Part shown: positions 17,287-22,539 of the stretch, piece after piece | How positions within the stretch are numbered: position 1 is the stretch's first letter | Layout of the letters: every line of letters begins with the position of its first letter | DNA from: a virus | Direction: 5' to 3' (one strand) | DNA length: 22,539 nt | UHGV virus genome: UHGV-0018397 | Notes under the pieces: model-generated | Told to the model about the DNA's origin: nothing | The model's input: the letters and a program-made list of their open reading frames with translations, nothing else | Databases searched by the model: none | Position numbers and translations under genes: made by a program

Positions 17287-17622
17287 ATGGATCCGATAAC
17301 CAACATCACTGACGAACCTATCCAGCGGCATGTTCTGATTTTTGACCGTGGTGAGGCTGTGGTCACTATTCGTTATCTGCCTACGGTTGAAATGTGGAAA
17401 ATGCGCGTGGAGTACAACGGTGATTACATCGACGGCGTGAAGCTGTCCCTCGGGACGCTACATTTTCGGCACAAGAACTGGCCTTTCGACGTTGTGTTAC
17501 TTTGCGCTGACAATTCCGGCATTGACCCATATCGGGCTGACGACTTCGCCAGTGGTCGCATCGAAATGTATCTGGTCACGCCGGAAGAGATGATTGATAT
17601 TCGCGGGGGAGACGTGCCGTGA
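17287..17622 (+). CDS. Hypothetical tail protein
   Basis: 111 aa, translationally coupled to the downstream gene (GTGATGG). Confidence 0.4.
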   Translation: MDPITNITDEPIQRHVLIFDRGEAVVTIRYLPTVEMWKMRVEYNGDYIDGVKLSLGTLHFRHKNWPFDVVLLCADNSGIDPYRADDFASGRIEMYLVTPEEMIDIRGGDVP

Positions 17623-18566
17623 TGGATACTTTTTACCGTGATTATCGGCTGACGGTGGGGATCGGCAATCAAGCAGTGATTATCGAGCCACCGATCACCG
17701 TGTCATTCAAGGCGCTGGAAACTGTGGACAAGAAGTCACTCGGCAAGCTGAGTGTGTCCATCAACGGGCTAAAGCCTTCCACGCGTCTGCAATTGCTCAA
17801 GTCCGAAGATGAAGAGAAGTATATCCCCGTTCGACTCGAGGTTGGTTACGACGGCAAGCTGCGCCAGGTATTTCAGGGTTCGGTTAAAAGCGGAGCAGTA
17901 AAGCGTGAGGGGGCGATCCACATCGTCAGCCTGGAATGTGAAGACGGTGGCCACGACTATATCAACGCTTTCACATCGCGCACGGTACGCGGGAAAGATC
18001 AGGTCGTCGATTCTGTCTTGCAGGATATGCCAAACACGAAAAAAGGCTCTGTGACGAAGCAACAAGCACTCATCAGGCCGAAGGTTCTGGTAGGTAGCTC
18101 CAGTAAAATTCTTACCGATACCCTTGCGTCCGACGAGTCATTTTTCATCAAAGATGAGCGCGTCCACATCCTCAAGGCTAATGAGGTTACATCGGGTAAC
18201 ATTCCAGTCGTGAATGCGCGTAGCGGTCTGCTAAATACGCCTCAGGCAACGAAGATTAGCGCACAGGATGACGGGGGGAAGAAAGCCAAGATGCCAACCA
18301 ATGAGCCTGATACGGATCCGGCAGGCAAAAAAGATACTGACTCGAGTACCTTAGCCAAATCCTCGAAAGGGCAGATCGTATTCGATACGAAACTGAATCC
18401 TATGCTGGTGATCGGTGGGCTTTGCGCTGTTGAAAGCGTGACGAACCCCGCGTTAAACGGGGTTTATAAGATATACCAGATTGAAACCAGCGGGCAGAAC
18501 AACGGGGCAGCCTGGTATCAGAAGGTGGTATGCCAGCCTGCCGGAAATTACTCAGTTGTTAACTGA
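17619..18566 (+). CDS. Putative baseplate hub / tail protein
   Basis: 315 aa in the baseplate region; its 3' end overlaps the 3' end of the minus-strand gene by 15 nt. Confidence 0.45.
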   Translation: MMDTFYRDYRLTVGIGNQAVIIEPPITVSFKALETVDKKSLGKLSVSINGLKPSTRLQLLKSEDEEKYIPVRLEVGYDGKLRQVFQGSVKSGAVKREGAIHIVSLECEDGGHDYINAFTSRTVRGKDQVVDSVLQDMPNTKKGSVTKQQALIRPKVLVGSSSKILTDTLASDESFFIKDERVHILKANEVTSGNIPVVNARSGLLNTPQATKISAQDDGGKKAKMPTNEPDTDPAGKKDTDSSTLAKSSKGQIVFDTKLNPMLVIGGLCAVESVTNPALNGVYKIYQIETSGQNNGAAWYQKVVCQPAGNYSVVN

Positions 18567-19085
18567 AGATTTTACTTCTTGCGTTACGCTGGAATTGGTT
18601 TTTTCTGGTGGGTGACGATCTGAAAGCCAGCCAAGAGCAAAAATAATGACTGTGAGAATAAAAATTTTCTCGCCTATTGAAAACTTCACCTTACCACCTG
18701 CATTTTTAAATGCCGTTTTCTCCTCGGTTGATAGTTTTCTAAATTGCTTATGGGTTAATACCATGACCAATGGGCGAGGTGGTTGAATATCTTCCTGACC
18801 ATCCTCTAACAACGTTGAGTCCGAAAAGAAACCAAGCCGCTCAGGTGCTTGTTCCTCTACATTCTCAGCGTGTTTACCGGTGGAGTTCTTTTGACCCGCG
18901 AGCAAGTTTCCACTCGTGTAAGACAAACCGGTACCGGGAATGCCTGCGGTTGCCTTTACCCCTTTTTTACCAACGTTCAGGGTAGCACCAGCCTTACCAA
19001 TTGATGCGCTAGTAATGCCTGTTTTACCTATGTTTATATGAATGCCTGGTGCAATTTTGATGCGCTGTCTGAATTTGAATCCCAT
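18552..19085 (-). CDS. DUF4236-like membrane protein, reverse-strand moron
   Basis: 177 aa; N-terminus MGFKFRQRIKIAPGIHINIGKTGITSASIGKAGATLNVGKKGVKATAGIPGTGLSYTSG matches the Gly-rich DUF4236 pattern as recalled; C-terminal transmembrane helix (IFILTVIIFALGWL); GGAGAG ribosome-binding site; AT-rich. Confidence 0.7.
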   Translation of the reverse strand: MGFKFRQRIKIAPGIHINIGKTGITSASIGKAGATLNVGKKGVKATAGIPGTGLSYTSGNLLAGQKNSTGKHAENVEEQAPERLGFFSDSTLLEDGQEDIQPPRPLVMVLTHKQFRKLSTEEKTAFKNAGGKVKFSIGEKIFILTVIIFALGWLSDRHPPEKTNSSVTQEVKSSVNN

Positions 19086-19200
19086 GAGTGACTCTCCTTA
19101 GTATTAAACGCTGGCGCAGGTTCGCTCTACGGCGATTAGTATGAGTATTTATCTAGCCATCCATTGAACCCACTCTGGCGGTTTTTTATGGGCTTAATTT
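19086..19200. promoter_or_regulatory. Divergent intergenic region (promoter for the DUF4236-like gene and possible restart of the baseplate operon)
   Basis: 115-bp AT-rich non-coding spacer between divergent start codons; a TTGAAC -35-like hexamer on the plus strand at 19164-19169; no convincing full promoter identified by eye. Confidence 0.3.
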
Positions 19201-19818
19201 ATGATCGAAGAACTTCACGACACTATCGGCCTGGGTGTTGAATTTGCTCTGGCCGATGTTCACACCATTGTTGTCGCAAAAATAACGTCTGTAAATGACA
19301 AAACAATCAGTTGCGTCCCCGTTATCAATCGGGTTGTGAAAGGGAGCAGCAAGCAACTCCCAGAGTTCATTGAAGTCCCCCCGGTAATTTTGCAAGGCGG
19401 TGATAGTTATATCGCCGAACCAATTGCGGCTGGTGACTATTGCCTCGTCCTTATCTCTGAGCGTTGTTATGACGCTTGGTATGCGGGTAGCGACTTTGTT
19501 TCACCACTTGAAATGCGTATGCACGATTATTCAGATGGCTTCGCTCTGTGTGGGGTTAACCCACAGGCTACCGCGATCAATATCCCTAAGAAGAACAGGA
19601 TGATGAAGGGGGATTCTGACCACGAGGGTGATTTAAACCTCACAGGAAATATTACCCAGAAAGATGGTAAGACGACTCTGGAAGAATGCGATGTTCTGAA
19701 TGTACTTCAATATTCCCAGGTAAAGACAGGCGGTAAGTCTGGGGTGTCTGGTTCATTTCGAAGCGATGACGGGAAAACAATCACAGTTACCAACGGTATT
19801 GTCACGGAGATCTCATGA
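19201..19818 (+). CDS. Putative baseplate spike / assembly protein (gpV-like)
   Basis: 205 aa, first gene after the moron; position in the baseplate block. Confidence 0.4.
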   Translation: MIEELHDTIGLGVEFALADVHTIVVAKITSVNDKTISCVPVINRVVKGSSKQLPEFIEVPPVILQGGDSYIAEPIAAGDYCLVLISERCYDAWYAGSDFVSPLEMRMHDYSDGFALCGVNPQATAINIPKKNRMMKGDSDHEGDLNLTGNITQKDGKTTLEECDVLNVLQYSQVKTGGKSGVSGSFRSDDGKTITVTNGIVTEIS

Positions 19819-20195
19819 TTGTTTCTGCACTTGATAAAAATGACGACTGGGGATTTGGGCGCGGGAAGGCAAACTATATAACTGGCGGTGCTGCTATCGC
19901 GCAGAAAGCCAAATGCCGGATCCGCTCGTTCAAAAACGATAATCCTCTCAACATGGATGACAACATCGACTGGCTTTACCTGTTATCAGAGAAAAACACC
20001 GAGCAGGAGATTCTGCGGGAGATAGAGCGCGTGACGCTGGCGACGGATGGGGTTATGCGCATTACCGCTCTGGCGATGGAGGTCAATAAGGCCACCCGGT
20101 CACAAAAAATCGAACTCAGCATTGAGACCGTCTATGACCAGCAGACGATCACCTTCCCGGTCAACGGAGCGTTGAAGAATGGCACTACAGTTTAG
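19815..20195 (+). CDS. Putative baseplate wedge protein (gpW / gp25-like)
   Basis: 126 aa directly upstream of the baseplate J-like gene, with overlapping coupling. Confidence 0.45.
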   Translation: MIVSALDKNDDWGFGRGKANYITGGAAIAQKAKCRIRSFKNDNPLNMDDNIDWLYLLSEKNTEQEILREIERVTLATDGVMRITALAMEVNKATRSQKIELSIETVYDQQTITFPVNGALKNGTTV

Positions 20196-21360
20196 CGACA
20201 ACGGCCTTGAGACAAGCACTCTCCGGGAGTTATTTCAGGAACTGAGCGACGGATATAAGGGAATTTATGGTCAGGATATCGATTTAGACCAGGAATCTCC
20301 CGACGGTCAACGCGTGGCAATCGAAGCTCAGGCTCGGGCAGATATTGAAGCCGCGCTGCAATGGCTTTATTCCCAAATGGACCCCGATTTTAATACAGGT
20401 GATATGCAGCAGATTATCGCCAAACTTCACGGGCTTTTCCTTCGCCCCGGCTCCCGGTCTCAGCGTGACCTTAAAGTCACAACAGACAGGCCGGTGCTTC
20501 TCTATAGCGGGTACAAGATACGGGACCAGGCAAATCAGGTCTGGGCTATCCGACAGGACGTGACCGTTCCGGCGGGCGTCACAACAGCCACCTTTTTTGC
20601 TCAAAACTTTGGGAAAGTTACTGGGCTTGTGAACGACACCTTCACTCAACTCACACCAGAACCAGGGATTGTGAGCATTATCTCTGATTCCGCGGTTGTG
20701 GTCGGTCGGGATGAGGAAACGCCTGAAGAATTCAGGCAACGCCGGAACCGGTCGCTTGAGAACCCGGCAACAGGTAGCACTGGGGCGGTTTTCGCTAAAG
20801 TTGCTCAACTGACAGGTGTAATTGATCTGAATATCGGAGAGAACGACACAAAAATTGATAATCCGACGACGGGTATCCCGGCCAATTCAATATGGCTGGT
20901 CGTTGAGGGGGGAGCGATTTCAGAAATTGTGGAGGTGATGGTTAAACAGAAAGGCGGTGGAACGGGAACGAAAGGCAGCATAACCGGACGTTTTACCGAG
21001 ACCCTGATTCGGCCTGACGGCACTTCATTTCTGATAGCCCATGAACTTCAGTTTGATCGGCCCATCTATAAGCCGCTTCATATCAGGCTTAATGCCCGCC
21101 GGAAGATTCAAAGCGAACCGATAGATATCGATACTCTCAAAAAATCTCTTGCATCACGCACCATGCATATTGGTGAGTCTGTGGATGCCAATGAATTTTA
21201 TGAGAATGGGTATGGGGTAGGACGGGTAAATTTTGTGCTGACCAATCTGCAAATTAGCAGTAATGGGGCAGATTACACCGATGCTGAGTTATCGCCAGGC
21301 TTTCAGGGAAAGTTCACGTTGAGTGTGGAAAATATAGACGTTAACGAGGTGGTCCAGTGA
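20179..21360 (+). CDS. Baseplate J-like protein
   Basis: 393 aa; size and position typical of P2 gpJ / Mu gp47-like baseplate proteins. Confidence 0.65.
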   Translation: MALQFSDNGLETSTLRELFQELSDGYKGIYGQDIDLDQESPDGQRVAIEAQARADIEAALQWLYSQMDPDFNTGDMQQIIAKLHGLFLRPGSRSQRDLKVTTDRPVLLYSGYKIRDQANQVWAIRQDVTVPAGVTTATFFAQNFGKVTGLVNDTFTQLTPEPGIVSIISDSAVVVGRDEETPEEFRQRRNRSLENPATGSTGAVFAKVAQLTGVIDLNIGENDTKIDNPTTGIPANSIWLVVEGGAISEIVEVMVKQKGGGTGTKGSITGRFTETLIRPDGTSFLIAHELQFDRPIYKPLHIRLNARRKIQSEPIDIDTLKKSLASRTMHIGESVDANEFYENGYGVGRVNFVLTNLQISSNGADYTDAELSPGFQGKFTLSVENIDVNEVVQ

Positions 21361-22079
21361 ATGACGACATCATTAACCGCTACACGCTAATGCTCATCAA
21401 ACAATATTGGGAAAAGAAAAAAGCAAGATCAGAGATACAAGCCATGCTCAGGCACTGGCAAATCATCGCCGATTTTATTCGTAACCCAGATAACTTTGAT
21501 CTCGACCGGGTTACCGGATACCGGCTTGATGTCATTGGCCGGATAGTCGGCCTTCACCGTAGTGTGCCTGCTGTTATTGCCCGTGTATTTTTCGGGTTTG
21601 ACGGACATCTGAATACCGCAGGCTTCGACAGTAAATCTAATGCGGCGTATGTCGGCGCACCTTTCTACAGCAAGTTTTCGCCGGCATATGGTGACTATCA
21701 ACTGGCTGACAATGAGTATCGCAGGTTCCTTCGGGTCAAAATTGCGCGAAACGCCGCAGGTGCAACGATAGCGTCAGACGATCGGGTCAGCCTGCAGGAT
21801 GTTATACAGACGGCTTTCAACGGCGAAGCTTACGTGACCGACAGAAAAGACATGACTCTTGCTTTGAACGTTTCGCCGCGGGTATCAGTTGAAGAGTTAC
21901 GCCTGATTGTGAAGCTTGGCCTGCTGCCGAAACCTGCGGGCGTTCGATACGATTATTTTTATCAGGTGACTCCTGGTCTGACATTCGGTTTCTCGCGAAA
22001 CCCTTCGGCCAGAGGATTCGCCAGCAAGTTTAATACCGCCTACCAGGGCGGTTTTTTTTCGAGGAAAATCCATGTCTAA
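21357..22079 (+). CDS. Baseplate / tail-fibre-proximal protein (P2 gpI-like, putative)
   Basis: 240 aa with GTG start overlapping the upstream stop; between the J-like gene and the tail fibre. Confidence 0.45.
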   Translation: MNDDIINRYTLMLIKQYWEKKKARSEIQAMLRHWQIIADFIRNPDNFDLDRVTGYRLDVIGRIVGLHRSVPAVIARVFFGFDGHLNTAGFDSKSNAAYVGAPFYSKFSPAYGDYQLADNEYRRFLRVKIARNAAGATIASDDRVSLQDVIQTAFNGEAYVTDRKDMTLALNVSPRVSVEELRLIVKLGLLPKPAGVRYDYFYQVTPGLTFGFSRNPSARGFASKFNTAYQGGFFSRKIHV

Positions 22080-22539
22080 GATTGTACGATATCAGGGAGA
22101 TGTTCGGGCTTTTGCCTCTGATGCACAGGGAATGGAAAGAACCGTGTTTGGTGGAACAAATCAGGCGGATGACCTGACCTCGCAAATTACGGCATCTTTC
22201 CTTCGCGGATGGGGCATTGTTGGCGCTTCCGAACACCCCTCGCTTGAGGACTTCAATGCGGCAATGTATGCAATGAGTCAGTTCATTGCGTATCAGCACC
22301 AAATGGGGGTTCCAGAGTGGCATGCAGAACAGGAATATCATATCGGTTCGATCTGCACACATAACGGTGAATCTTATCAGTCCTTACAAAATGCAAATAT
22401 TGGTAGCCAGCCGCCATCAGCAAAATGGACTCCTGTATTAACGTCAAAAAACGGTCTCGCAAACCTTGGTTTGGGAGAAGCGGCAAAACGGGACGTGGGA
22501 ACAGGGGAAAATCAGATACCGGATATGGTTTCATTTAGT
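22072..22539 (+). CDS. Tail fibre protein, N-terminal part (continues beyond the window)
   Basis: Frame open from ATG 22072 to the window end (156 codons, no stop); GAGG ribosome-binding site; motif [20 protein letters not shown] typical of enterobacterial phage tail-fibre N-terminal regions; not in the ORF track because it has no stop. Confidence 0.6.
   Translation, partial: MSKIVRYQGDVRAFASDAQGMERTVFGGTNQADDLTSQITASFLRGWGIVGASEHPSLEDFNAAMYAMSQFIAYQHQMGVPEWHAEQEYHIGSICTHNGESYQSLQNANIGSQPPSAKWTPVLTSKNGLANLGLGEAAKRDVGTGENQIPDMVSFS

Noticed and set aside
1-22539. CRISPR arrays, tRNA or rRNA genes, insertion-sequence transposases, integrase or att sites
   Set aside because: No direct-repeat/spacer periodicity, no cloverleaf-like conserved tRNA stretches, and no transposase or integrase-like ORFs were seen. 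The window appears to be purely a phage late region plus two morons.

Overview
This window reads as the late region of a temperate tailed phage or prophage (Mu-like head module, contractile tail), almost entirely on the + strand: an orphan DNA methyltransferase, a lysis cassette (pinholin-like holin, SAR endolysin, Rz with embedded Rz1), small and large terminase, portal, Mu F-like head morphogenesis protein, scaffold, major capsid, head-tail joining proteins, tail sheath, tube, a chaperone with a likely -1 frameshift extension, tape measure, baseplate genes and the start of a tail fiber. Two reverse-strand genes interrupt this operon and look like horizontally acquired morons, and they are the best candidates for an undescribed accessory or defence function: a YfbU-family protein between the lysis cassette and terS (the position lambda uses for bor), and a DUF4236-like membrane protein inside the baseplate module. 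Other notable signals are an array of eight palindromic TGCGCA hexamers in the 5' part of terS (possible pac or TerS-binding site), a Cys4 cluster in TerS, and the convergent stop codons of the DUF4236-like gene and its neighbour sharing one palindrome. All calls rest on reading the sequence and recalled family motifs; no database search or computation was run.
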